In this document: positions 14,084 to 26,325 of the stretch, piece after piece
Layout of the letters: every line of letters begins with the position of its first letter
Position numbering within the stretch: the first letter of the stretch is position 1
Assembly: GCA_973851085.1 (NCBI GenBank)
Contig: OZ316776.1
Span: 2,480,001 to 2,544,000 of the forward strand
Origin: Ptychomitrium polyphyllum
Taxonomy: Eukaryota
Direction: 5' to 3'
DNA length: 64,000 nucleotides
Translations under genes and position numbers: made by a program
The notes under the pieces: model-generated
The model's database searches: none
Seen by the model: only the letters and a program-made list of their open reading frames with translations
Told to the model about the DNA's origin: nothing

Positions 14084-17000
14084 CTTGCCAATCCTGTCAA
14101 TCCTGTCGAGAGCTCAGTCCTCCCAAAGCTACAAATAATGTGCAATCGAAAGGTGAGCAAACCAAACGCAAAGTCTACTTATTACTTGTGAAGACCGAAA
14201 TCGTAACTGGTAAGCTTTCAAAGTTCACACCCAATGCATGTCTACTTATCTGCATGCCTGGATGTTGACATTCAACGACGCCTGCCATGGACAATTGTAT
14301 GGAGAGCACCCCATACCATAAGCTATGGCGGTGACGGATCCTTCCACCGCTCCAACGATCGGAGCGGAAAGACGCCCCGCACCATCCTATTTTGCATCAA
14401 CTGTAATCCCAATAACCATCCAAGTTTAGATTACCGAGAAAAGATAGTATCTCCGAACTAGTCACATGGAACTAAATGCATGTTTCGGGGGTCGCAGCTG
14501 ACTGGTTGCTCAGCAGGGGCTTGAAGGCGAGGTGGACATCAGCAAAATTCTACTGCAATCTGAATCAACCTCATCACCTCAGGTGAGCCCCTTACATGAC
14601 GCTGGCGAACCTTGACCTCTTCATCCCTTCGGAGACCATGCAATGGTGACCTTTTGAGGTGAGTAGTGCACTGTGACTACATTCCCAGCCAATATTCTGA
14701 TCACATTCCCAAGTAGTCACACTGTCGACTTTGTATCAACTACAGTAACTCTGACATTCTACTCAAAATTCCGTACCTTGAATATGCGACAGAGAAATGC
14801 TTCGATCCTGGGAACTGGGAACACCCTTCTCAAACACAGGCACGTGTAACAAAATTTACACTTACCTTGGAGGGAAGCTTGATTTTTGACGTGAAAATTA
14901 ATAGAACCTTCGTACTATAAGGTCCTTCTTTCTATTCGTTCCCTTAAACTTCATTCCAAATCAGGTATATTTGCGAAGCTCAATAATGGTGACCCGTACT
15001 GCGATGATAGGAAGAGGAGCTGCAGAAAGATACTCCGACTGAGGTTCCACCAGGCATTTCACAGGAGTGCATCTTTATCACAACTTAGTGTGATCTCTAG
15101 ACTGGAGTAAGCAGGTTCAGAAGCAATCTTACTGCAGCATCTTCTGTTACCTCTCAAGGAATCTTGGTTTACTGAGCAAGTATGAGATGTTTTCAACAAA
15201 ATGAGGTTCCTACTTATACTATTCACTGTACATTAGTTAGCCACAGATACGGCTTGATGAGGGATAATGGTGTAAACTAGAGTAGAGACCGGATGGAGGA
15301 CAGAATGATGAGCCTTATTCACATCAACATCCTCGTTTTGCCTTCATGTCCTGATGAAATGAAGGCACGCTTCCAAACTTCAAAGTTTCAAAGTCCCGTA
15401 GTCAAGCAAAGCCAGGTCCTGTAATGCTGAAAGACATCAAAGCTAGTAGTGACCTAGGTAACAATGCGGGCAGTTAACACCTCCCGTTCGCCACAGGAGG
15501 AGAGATTCCTATCAAAACTTCTACAATACAATTGGTAAAGGTTTTGAATTCTTCCGCAAGGTTACACCTTGTCTTGCCATCTTTAATTTAACATTGTTTT
15601 AATGTCTTTCCATCTTCTTCTATGAGCAATGAGCATTAACCTAAAATGCTTGTATCTTAGCTTGAAATTATTTCCATCATGCCTAAAAAAGGCATAAATT
15701 GATCTTCATAAAAAAATAGTTTCATTCCATGATATAGAATTATCAAATTTTATATATATTGGGTCATTGTAAATAATAATTTGTTCAATTTTCCCTATTA
15801 AAAACTCCATCACTAGTATATAATTCCTTAGTAAAAGGACAGCCTTGCCAAATTACTAGTATGAAGGTCCTTTACAATATTTGACTAAATTCACCGGCCA
15901 ATTACAAGAAAACACATAGAAACATATGTTTTTAGTTGGAAACCTAGCCATGTTAGCATTTATACTTAAGAACATGTTACAAGAATGCATTTAGGCATAT
16001 TTGATAAACCTCTATTCAATATGATGAAAAGATAACTTATCCTCTAGCCCAAAGATCCGAAATTTTACGTATTGGTAAGATGTATTATAAAGTCCAACTT
16101 TAAACCCTATTCATGTCAAAGCAAGGAATGTAAATTAAAATCTATGAGGTATATTTAAACAATTGAATTTATCTTTACTATGACTAATATTTTTAAACAA
16201 TTTTTAAACTTAAAATTCGAAATACCTTCAAAATCCAATTTTAGATAAACTTGTAACAATCTTTAGTGCAATTTTCCTTTTATGGGCTTCAAATGGAAAA
16301 CTCCCAAAACTGGGAACGTTTGAAAATTTAGAACAAAAACTAGAGTTTTCATTTACAAAGATCTCTACAATAATATAACTCTTTGTCATCCTTTAACAGG
16401 TCAGATTGTCCTCAGCTCTATACCAGATCGCCGCCTTGTACCTGTAAGAGCAACCTCGCAAATTACACACGGTGTTACTCACACAGTACCAACCTCAAAG
16501 AAAATTTCTTGATGTTCGGGTCCTCAATAGCAGAAGTACTGTAAGCCCACTCCGTGTTCCTCTGAAGCATGGATTTTGCAAACCAAAGTACAGTGGACTA
16601 TGACCATCTTTGTGGAAACTGGCACACCAGAGAATGCTCAAAGATACGACAACAGTCACACATCTGGCTTGGAATGACTCGTACGCGTGGAGCGTATGCA
16701 TCTCGCACCACAAGATGCGTATGTGCACCAACAAGCAAAATAATCCAAATTCAGATGCATTGGCACCAGGCTGGTAGAAGTACCATGCAGAACAACGCTT
16801 TTGTGCTGTGTTACGCAGATGAGTTAGATTAGATACAAAAACCAGAAGAACTATACACATCAATTTGACTAGAATCTTAGAAATGTCACTCCCAGCCTCG
16901 GTCATGTAGCAACCATGAATAATTCCAAACTATAATTCTAGGCCGCAGCACAATCCGTTCTCAAGAAGGGATTCTCGGTTGTTGACGAAGTTACTATGAG

Positions 17001-17768
17001 GTTTAATAACTATCTTGCTATAAAAACGGATTTTAAGCTGCCACTTCCTTGTAGTGTCGCCCATCAGAACTGGCATCAAGAGCTAGTTGTTGCCATGTTT
17101 AGCCTGCTTTAAGAAATAAAATCAAAATGCATTCTGTCAAGTTATTGCAAATAGGAGGAACCAAATTTATGGCCATGGAAATTAGTCCCAAGAGATTTAG
17201 AAAGGATGTACGAAACGGATGCAACGAGCTTGTTGGATTTAGAATGGAGGAAAGAAACGTCAGGAACTTCTAGTGACACATTGGGTGTCCAAATCAAAAT
17301 GAGTATATGAGTCACTAGTCAAGAGTCCACTTGCAGCAAGTCATTTGAATCACAAATAACTATCAAATGGAAAGAGCAGAAATCAATTACAAGAGTGAAC
17401 AAGTGGAGTCTCACCTTCACTGCTTCCGAGGCTCCACTTCAGTTACAACAGATTCCGTGTCATTGGCATTGGCATTGGGGACGGTCTGAACGCCTGTGAA
17501 ACAAGAAATAACGTGGAACAACGTGGTGAAAGTTGCTAGTGAGATGAAACTCATCTAATAGAACGACCGATCACTGGGTCTTGGTAATCACACATTGATA
17601 CATTCATTTTCATTTGAGGACAAGTATACTTCCTACTCTGTCGAACAGCTAAACGCTTCGAGTATAATGCTCTGCACATTAGTAACAGTATTTTGTACAA
17701 GTGGGACAAGAGTAGGATTTGGAATTGGAAAGATTTTCTACCCTTGTGCTGCGTTGTTCTGTGAGCTC

Positions 17769-18206
17769 CTATGCATGTGGCAACTTGCTGCTTTCAAAAT
17801 CCCGTGGTACAAGAAATAAGAAAGAAGGAGGTGGTTGTCTGTGAGAGAATATCATCCTACGGAAAGACGAGTTGGTACGTAGAATTATATAGCGGTTCCT
17901 CCACACCCATCCAAATACAGAATGGACATTCAGCATACGTTGGTACCAATCATCGTCAATTGTGTTGAATCTGCACATAACTTACAGTACATCGTACAAG
18001 TGGGATGTGAGTAGGATTTTGGCTTCGAGGCATTCTCTGACCTGGAGCTGCGTCGCTCCATGGGGTTCCAACGTTGCCCCGAACTAGCTCAGCCTATCCA
18101 TGACTTTTGAAATGAGCTTCTAGAGCAGCATCTTAAGTGCTTAGCCCAGTGGCACACCAACTAATGTAGCCGCGATGCTCACGGATATCATCTCCAGCCA
18201 CTTCAT
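17769..18206 (-). pseudogene. Possible decayed gene with amphipathic-helix N-terminus and four internal stops
   Basis: Continuous frame from ATG 18206: MKWLEMISVSIAATLVGVPLG*ALKMLL*KLISKVMDRLS*FGATLEPHGATQLQVRECLEAKILLTSHLYDVL*VMCRF. An upstream 5'-UTR-like exon ends in donor ATG|GTAAGT at ~18537. Confidence 0.35.
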
Positions 18207-18218
18207 GGGGGCGAATCA

Positions 18219-18690
18219 CGCTTCGAAGTGAAGATCGAATGGTCAGCTGCACAAACGCATCGCTCAGAGTATGCTCTTCCAGAATCTTACACAGCACCTG
18301 GCAAACTATCTAGAATATCAGCTGCAACTATATAACCCAACAGCCCAACAACTGAACAGTTACTCGCATAGTTCACTGAGGTCTAGACACGTTCGTGAAA
18401 GTGGCCTGAGCGACGGGAACAGAGGAATGGAGAATGAGCTGCAATCGACATCCTAATCATTGCAGACACGCGAACTCGAATTGGAACGTCACAAGCATCC
18501 GATCGCAACTGAACACACGTCTACAAGACCACTTACCATGCGTTCAGAAGGATGCGAGGTTCATCACGTGACTATTCTAGCCGCCTTGAAGGCAGGAAGC
18601 GTTCACAGATGAAAGCAACATAACATGCAAGAGCTGTAGGAGGGGGCAGAGGCTCACAGCAAAGAGTTTCAGCAGCAGCAGCAGCAGCGA
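18219..18690. repeat. ~470-bp dispersed duplication, copy A (copy B at 55871-56341)
   Basis: Near-identical, same orientation. Differences are a handful of substitutions, small indels and (CAG)6 versus (CAG)4. Confidence 0.95.
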
Positions 18691-19268
18691 GTGGCAAATG
18701 GGATAAGCGTCAGAAAATCAGAAAACTCAAAAAAGCTTCGTGCAGCTGACAAACGATTAGCGTCTATTTGGCATTGGTCGCATAGTCCGCAGAACGGGAT
18801 TGAGCTATGAATAGAATAACTTGCTTTTGGTCGGAGTAGGTCCTATATTTCAGTTAGATTTCTGCGGTCCTTCTAATTACCAGTGCATATTGCGGCTGAG
18901 TCGCGTTTCTCGATTTAGTTGTACTTCTTGCGTGTCTATGCTTTGGCATCCAGTCCGCAATCTAAGTAGCATACATGGAATTCTTAAATGCAGTCGCGTG
19001 TTGAGCTAGTATGCTGTGTGCTTGCGTAAAGGGAGCTAGAGTATTTTTTGATTGACGAAATTTATGCTGTTGACTCTGATGTTTTCGAACCAGCTACCGG
19101 ACCAGTAGTTGGTACGCAGAAGGACCTAAAGGAATCTGCTGTCTCATGCTTCAAGTCGTAGTGTTCACTGAATTTGGATGCAAAATAAATTGTATTACTT
19201 AATTCAAAAGTACTTATAGTGACACCTTGGAGCTAGAGTAACCGTTTCTTTTTGTAATCTGCAGTAGC

Positions 19269-20078
19269 AACCTTGTATAAGATGGAATGGCCGAATTCCC
19301 ACTTTTGCAAACACCCTGTACATTTTCAACGTCTTTTGGTGGATGGACATTAGCCTTTCACATAACAACTCTAAACAAATGCTTCTCATAAGTTCTGAAT
19401 CAACTTTGTATTTTCAACACCCATTCCTTGCACACCTCCAGTGACCACCATACACCAAGCCTATGTCTACCACATTGTCTTCCTTCCTAGAGTAGTGCAA
19501 ACTTGCCTTCCTCTCCACCACCACCACTCCGTGATCCCATTTGCACCCTCTTTCACCCCATTACTACCACTCACCAAGCCCAAACCGCTAACAAGAGTAA
19601 CAAGAGTTTGGTGGGTCACGATAATACGCATGATAATGTGTAGTAGCTGGTGGCCATGGCTCCCTGCCTGCAGTGGGCTTTTCCTACCTCATGTACGGAT
19701 TCAAAAACTGTAGACTTTGTTGTCAATGGGTCTGGTTAGGAATGTGATCAGTGTGAAGGTCAGAATGGTTGTGATGCAGTTCAGAGTGGAAGAGATTGGT
19801 CATCGGTTTCTGAAGTATCAGGATCATTGAATGCAGTGGAGAGAAAGCCACCAGGAGGGCAAACCACCAGAGGGCAGGAGAGCACGGTGACCACGAGCAT
19901 CATTGCATGTACTCACATTCTGAGGGTTAGCTTGTTGAAATCAAAGGACCGTCAAGTGAGAGCCAGATTAGGACCTGATCTTCATCATAACGTTGGAATG
20001 GTGATGTGCAATGAGGAGCCAGTAGAGGCCCACTTCCTGACCTATGAGAATTTTTACCACTTTCAGTGGTAGTCCTGA
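19269..20078 (+). mobile_element. 810-bp repeat containing a Helitron-like 3' end (GTAG 19640-19643) plus downstream sequence; copy 1
   Basis: No difference seen from 33796-34605 (offset 14527; the ORF track gives identical peptides). TCACGATAATACGCA-N9-GTAG|T fits a C->T/G->A-decayed Helitron 3' motif. Confidence 0.75.
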
Positions 20079-20960
20079 ATTTGTATTAATATTGTTTAAT
20101 GCCTTGTAAGAGATCATTCTGCTCCATAAGCCTCATGTTAACTAGTCAAAATCTTGTCTGGACCTTTCCTTGTAGTTTTGTGTCAAACATTCTGTATATT
20201 CTTTACATGTAAGCACACTCTTGGGAAACGTGTGATATTAGGTCTTTGTTGGATATCCTCTACTTGGATGACAATATTAGTGAAAACAATACAAGGAAAA
20301 TGAAAGCATTTACAATGTTAACACAAATACCAATAATACTAACTTGAAAAGCATTCTTTATAAAATGGTAAAGAGCATATTGATGATTCGTTTGTTAAAA
20401 TCAAAAAAGAAGTATCACATATGCATACAACATTTCAATGAATACAACATCATGTGCGCACACTCTTTGGGTCAATATATGGGAAGTTATTTGAAATTTT
20501 TAGCAACTTCTCTTCAATTAACATAATGAATCACCTATGCATCAATGTGCATCAACATATTGTAGTTGTACCATCTAGTTCTTACTTCAAATAGTCTTTC
20601 AAACTTCTTTTAATAGCTTGTCATTTGTTTGACTAGCATGTAATTAGTTGGTAGTTCTAGTCATTTGTTAATTGGGATTAAGCACTTAGTCCTAAAATAT
20701 GGCCTTAATCTTCAATAAAAAAAAGTTGTAATAATAGAATGATGCTTTTGAAGATGCCTATGAGAAGTTGAAACCTAAGGGTCTTTTATAAATCCCAAAA
20801 TTTCACACTAAGTTATGCTTGGAAAATCCTGCAAATTCTTGAAATACAATTAATTTTAAGATAGAAATAAAAATTCTTTCATTATAAAGACAGCAAATCA
20901 CTTCCATAGTACAACAGGCTTTAGTAGTTTAGCATGTACCAAGTGCAGAACTCCAAACAA

Positions 20961-21587
20961 TTAAGAGCAATCAGATTTAGCACTAAAAAGACTTATATTA
21001 TCTTCCATGAGATTTTTGAACAATACTGATTTGTGAACATACGAACCCGGACAATGGTGATTATGTAGAAGGAAAAGATAGAGAGTATAGCGAAGGATAG
21101 GCCACCCATCTATGAGCCCGAGTGCATGGGCAAGCAGCAGCAGAATCAACCAAACCAAGGCTCCTCCTAAGATCAAAACCTGCTCTTCCTCCTTGGTTCC
21201 TAATTTGGCTCGTCTCACAGCTGCAAGCAATGAACATATTCCCACCATGATTGCTGCTAGCCATGGCTATACCACTCCAAGCCCACTCCCATACATCCAG
21301 GAATTGGCATTGAATATGGTCAAACCTGCAACTGTGGACATTGCTGTTACAACAACCGCCACAATTGTCACGCGTGTCACCCATCAGAGAATGTCCTTGA
21401 AAGAGGCTATGACTAACTTCCGAAAAGTTAGAAAGTTGAAACTCACCCGGCAGTGGAATGCCAAGTGTTTGTCCTCGACCTGCACTATCTAGTCCCCCTT
21501 TAGTAATAGCTCTGACAACTAGCCTTTCATGTGTGCCAGCTTGCCCTGTAACTTGGCTCTTGGCATGTCCACTGAAAGATGTGTAAC
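20961..21587 (-). pseudogene. Pseudogene of an unidentified ~4-TM membrane protein
   Basis: One frame without frameshift, with stops at 21521 (TAG), 21491 (TAG), 21386 (TGA) and 21269 (TAG). Hydrophobic segments: WVTRVTIVAVVVTAMSTVAGLTIF, PWLAAIMVGICSLLAAV, VLILGGALVWLILLLLAHALGLI, WPILRYTLYLFLL. Candidate acceptor TTTGCAG at 21589. Confidence 0.6.
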
Positions 21588-22917
21588 TCTGCAAAGATGC
21601 GAAAATCTCCTGTTGCTCTTCAGCTGCATCACACATTATAACAAAAGAAAACGGAGTTAAAGCTAATGTATTCAACCAAGATAATACAAAGGCTATCACT
21701 ATTGACAATGTGGACTTATGGGATAGGTCCTTACATTCTCAGATCCTCTATCAGATTCCCACCATCGCCAATCAAGTCACAAATATCAAGGCGATGTCTA
21801 CCACTCACCCAAGACTACTGGGTTCACGATACCAAAGATCGAAGCAAATTATTTTAGGGTCGATCGACATCTTCTTGGTGGCAAAACTCGATGCCTTCCA
21901 TCCTTACCATGCACTCTCAATATCAACTTAAACTAGCCGCACTGCTCCACGCGACGATGTAAGTGATAATGACGGCAACGCCGGTTTATGCTCAGAAACT
22001 CTCCATGTTCAAACTCTAACGTAAAATGCAAAGGCGAATAAACCAGACATGAAATCGCGAAGCTTTGCTCGCCAATTCTCAAGCTGCGGTACATGAATGC
22101 GAGTTGCACATCGACAGGAAAATATATAATATCAGAAAGATCAGAATACAACACAACTGCAGATCATGCTGATAGATTCCAACCTACATTTGAGGCATGG
22201 TGCTTTGCGTGGACCCGAAGAACTTCAGCGTGCTGGCTTTCTGGCTCACTGAATTGTACCTTGTCAGCCTCACAGCACATGACGTTTTTACACCCCTGGT
22301 AACCATGTGCTGGTGATGAATGCCTCCCGTCGCAGGCCTACAAGGGAAAACCCACTCTCGTCAAGAAAAGAACCGCAACCGAAACCATCCATCATCTTCG
22401 AGCACATTAACCCCAAATTCACCGATTCAATATAATACACTATAAGAAAAGCCATTACTGAAAACATCAGTAAAATGCCCACTTTCAACACAACGCAATA
22501 TATGTCTTGCTACTACTCTCAAACAGAAATATTGGTCACTGAAAACTGACACTTTCCACGTATTTCATCTCACCAAAACTCCAGGTCCAAAAAATGCAAT
22601 CCGTCACAGGTGAATACTTCCCCGAAACGTAAAACAATCGACCTGATCGAGACACACCAGTCGTTGCATACCAGCTGCTCTCCCAAGTTGCGGCCTCTCA
22701 TACTCCCGACGTGATCCAACGCTCCCAGTCATGCGCTCAGCCTGCTGTAAGATTGCAGCTGCATATATCCCCACTGCAGAGGAAAATGCGAGCTCCACAG
22801 CTCCTAAAAACTTGACACCACAAACAGAAATTCCTCCTGGACGCCCCCTACACAGTCTTTCCAAGAGACGAGGTTAGTGAAGGCAACGTGTGCATACACA
22901 AAAAAAATTAAATAATA

Positions 22918-22937
22918 TACACACACACACACACACA
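22918..22937. repeat. (CA)n microsatellite
   Basis: About 9 AC units read directly. Confidence 0.9.
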
Positions 22938-23126
22938 TTCACAAGAGTGTGCAGTTTGTCACATCATTCGTAACCTTCACTGTCGTCTCTCCGAGTCGCT
23001 TCAACGCTGGCATGAGCTTCTGCAAGATTTACCTTAAAATTGTAGATTTTGGAAGTGAGATGTAAACGTACGTACATATTTGCACCTCTGAGATTCGTAG
23101 ACCCTGATGACCGAGATTACTAGGTG

Positions 23127-23370
23127 ATTAGGTAGAGCACCCCATTACCACCGGGGACTTATAGCCGTCAGCTAGTAAAACACTAGAAATTACTATGTGC
23201 ATTACCATGACTCACCAAACTTTTATTAGTCGTTTGAGCTTGATGAGTAATGAGTAGTAGTAAGGAATTGAAACTTGATGCAAATGGAATCATGGAGTGG
23301 TAGTGATGAGAAAGAAGATAAATTTGTGATACTTTAAGAATGAATATCATATAATATTCATAGATTTTAT
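23127..23370 (-). mobile_element. Diverged inverted copy of the Helitron-like 3' end (CTAG at 23186-23183)
   Basis: The reverse complement aligns with ~19455-19690, mostly by transitions. It reads TCATGGTAATGCACA-N9-CTAG|T. Confidence 0.75.
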
Positions 23371-25574
23371 TGATGAAGGTTATAAAATGGGCATTAAGGT
23401 GATTGGCCGTTTGTTGAGTCAACATTGATGGTTATTGTTTAGATTGTTATTGGCATGATTTAATGGTGGTTTCTATTTTTTCCTAAAAATATCTTTGAGA
23501 ATTTAAAATTCATTTATTCCATTTTTAATAGGAAAAAAAAATGTTCAAATGGATTTTAAAATAATTTTTTTGAAACTATTTAAAGGAATTAAAACTAGTT
23601 TGTACAAATAAAAGTTTGAATTATTCTTTGGCAATACTTGGCAACCTTTATAAGCACTATAATGCTTTTATAAACTTTATGCAATGATTTCTTGACAATT
23701 TGATTTAATAACAACTTTTTTACATTATGCTTCAAAATTTCCACAATTATGTGTTTAATAAATTTATTTTCAAAAATAAATTTTAAAGCAATTTTGTAAT
23801 AATATCAATATTAAAAGCATGATAGATAGCTACATGGTTTTATAGATTTATAGATCTTTTTAAAGTCTATTTCATCTAATATAGGATTATTAAAAACAAT
23901 CAAAGAATTTTAAAAATGAATGAAAATAGAAAAGATACTTGTCTTTGCTTTACATTTGCATACATCTTTTGTTTATAGATAATGTTAAATACTTCCATTT
24001 TCATTATCAATAATGCAATAAAATCAAATTTATAAGATAACATCTTCAAAGGTATAATAGCCCTGATACAATCATTTATAACATTGTAGAATATTAAAAA
24101 AACTATTAAACTAGAATATTGAATTATTAATAAAATTAAATTGATTCATCTAAAAATATATTTGAATATCAAATATCTACAAATATTTATTTAGTGAGAC
24201 AGTTAACGCATTAGCATGAAGCAATCTCTTACTTCTATTTGATATAATATAATAATAAGTTGGCTGTTGTTTATAATAGAATTTTGCTATATCATTTTGT
24301 GGTTTTAGAGATCACAATATAAATAATCTTTTACAGTGATATACACATCCTTCAAAATTTTAGCAAAATCAAGAAGATTTGTGGAATTTGTTATCAAAAG
24401 TAACTTTAGAGACTCCTTTCTTTAACTTAAATGTTTAAAATCTTTATCTTGTTTGTCTAAAATTATGAATTTCTACTTTAAAAAATTATAAAGCAATGTG
24501 TCCATGCTAAGAAAAATAAGAACACCTAATTATACTACTGCAAGGTTTAAAGTTGCATGGTTTGAAGATGTTTATTCTTTATTTCTTATATAGATTTTGA
24601 CTTCATATCAAAATAATACATAATACAATACAAATTCTACGTGCTTATGATTTTTCATTAATTCTCTAATACAAAGAACATATTGTACTATATACCTTAT
24701 CTTTTTAATTCATAATTTTGTTAAAATTTCTTGAAAAATTTATGATTTATTTTATGATTATTTCCATAAATTGTGTTGCAAATACAAAACCAAACATCCT
24801 AAGTATATTTAATAAATCTAAAACTTTTATCAAAACATTATAGTATAGCCTATTTCAACTTTTTTCTTATTCTTTAGTCATAATATGTACAATGTAGGAA
24901 ATCCAAATATTTAGGATTTCTAAATTTACAAAATTGGTATATTATGCAGACAAGTGTCAAAAATAAAAGCTAAGCTAGACAAATAGAATGTAACAGAAAT
25001 ATCATTGCATTGCCAAGCAATTGGCAACAAAAAAATAATAATATTATGAAATGACTTGCCAATTTTGTCACCTTCTTGCTCTATAGATTACGAAAGCATC
25101 AAAACAGACCACTTTTTGGACTTTCATAAACAAAAAGGGTCAACTGCACAACTGTGAGAGAACTCTATTAACTAAAGTCTGCCTAGTATTCCCTGTTGGG
25201 GTCATTGAACAAAAGTACTGCATCTGACGCATGGCAGAATGACTGCAGCAACTTCACAGAAGCATGCACGCACTTTAGAAGAGCCGGTGTGCATTCAGGT
25301 TGTTGCAGAAACAGGCAATCAGTGCATGCCAGAACAAGCCTTCTAGGAAGAATGCAGGCAAGAAAAACAAAGTACCAGTACAAAAGCAAGAATACAAGTA
25401 CCGTTTTCACTGATTTGAAAATCCAACAATAGCAACCAAACACAGAACTAGTGCAGTTATCCCTCTTTCCACTAAACGAGAAAGCTGGGTGAATGGGCAT
25501 TGCAACACATCATCACTGCGTCATTGAAAAGCCAGTGTTTCACCACAGTGAAGATCATAAACGTGACTGACTCA

Positions 25575-26057
25575 GTTGATGATGAGTAGCTGCATAATGC
25601 TCAGATTTGCTGCAACTAATGGAAATCTACAATCCAGTCTAACTACTCAGAGAAGAGTCTAGATGGAAACCTATGTGCACAAGATGATGTATCCTGTATG
25701 TACTTGGCCAATCGCTCACTGCACGCACCTATCAGAAATCAACTATGTTTTTGAGGCGCCGATCTCCTTTCCACACTAAAGAATTTAACACGGAATGTTC
25801 GTTTACTCACTGCACTAACACATTGGCACATTGCTCATTGACAATCCAGCCTCCCATCACAGTGAAACTCACATACAGACTCCAAAGTTGATGAGGAATA
25901 GCTGAATAATGTTCAAATTTCTGCAACTAATGGTAAATCACAATCAAGTGTCAGTTCTTGGAAAGATAGATTATAGATGGAAGTCTGTACACAAGAGTCT
26001 AAGGATCATGTATGTACTTGGCCACTTGCTCGATCGCAACTATCAAAGATCAACTAC
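25575..26057. repeat. Diverged ~170-bp direct duplication (25575-25746 / 25888-26057) downstream of SOSEKI
   Basis: Shared blocks in the same order: gttgatga, tagctg, ataatg, ctgcaactaatgg, tagatggaa, cacaaga, tgtatgtacttggcca, atcaacta. Confidence 0.8.
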
Positions 26058-26325
26058 TGAAGCTCTGATCCTAAACTACAAACTCAATCTCAATTTGCCG
26101 GAAAAATGAGTGAGGAAAAGAATTGCTAAATTACTACAGCAGCGCATTTACAAGAGATGACCCATTGATTCTTGCTCTCAAATGGCGACGATTAGTTTTC
26201 AGGATGTCTGCTGAGGGATGAGCTCATTCCGGATATGAATCCCATTCCGTGTTAACAAACTAACCATGATTGGCATACTTTTGACAGAAAAAGAGCATGT
26301 AACCCGATTGCTGGAGCATAAGACT

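Noticed and set aside
17070..17083. TGGCATCAAGAGC resembling a tRNA-Met primer-binding site
   Set aside because: Imperfect match; no paired LTRs or recognisable gag/pol motifs found.
19652..19672. Partial similarity to miR160 (and of 44831-44841 to miR166)
   Set aside because: Multiple mismatches or too short, and no foldback partner seen.
19441..19713. 90-aa His/Pro-rich ORF repeated three times
   Set aside because: Lies in the terminal region of a repeat, starts with GTG, and simply reflects DNA duplication.
21061..21708. 215-aa minus-strand ORF
   Set aside because: Gly/Ser/Cys-rich with no motif; it overlaps a more protein-like transmembrane frame on the same strand, so it is treated as an off-frame shadow.
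23133..25084. TAGAGCA...TGCTCTA as terminal inverted repeats of a 1.95-kb element
   Set aside because: Only a 7-bp match and no matching target-site duplication.
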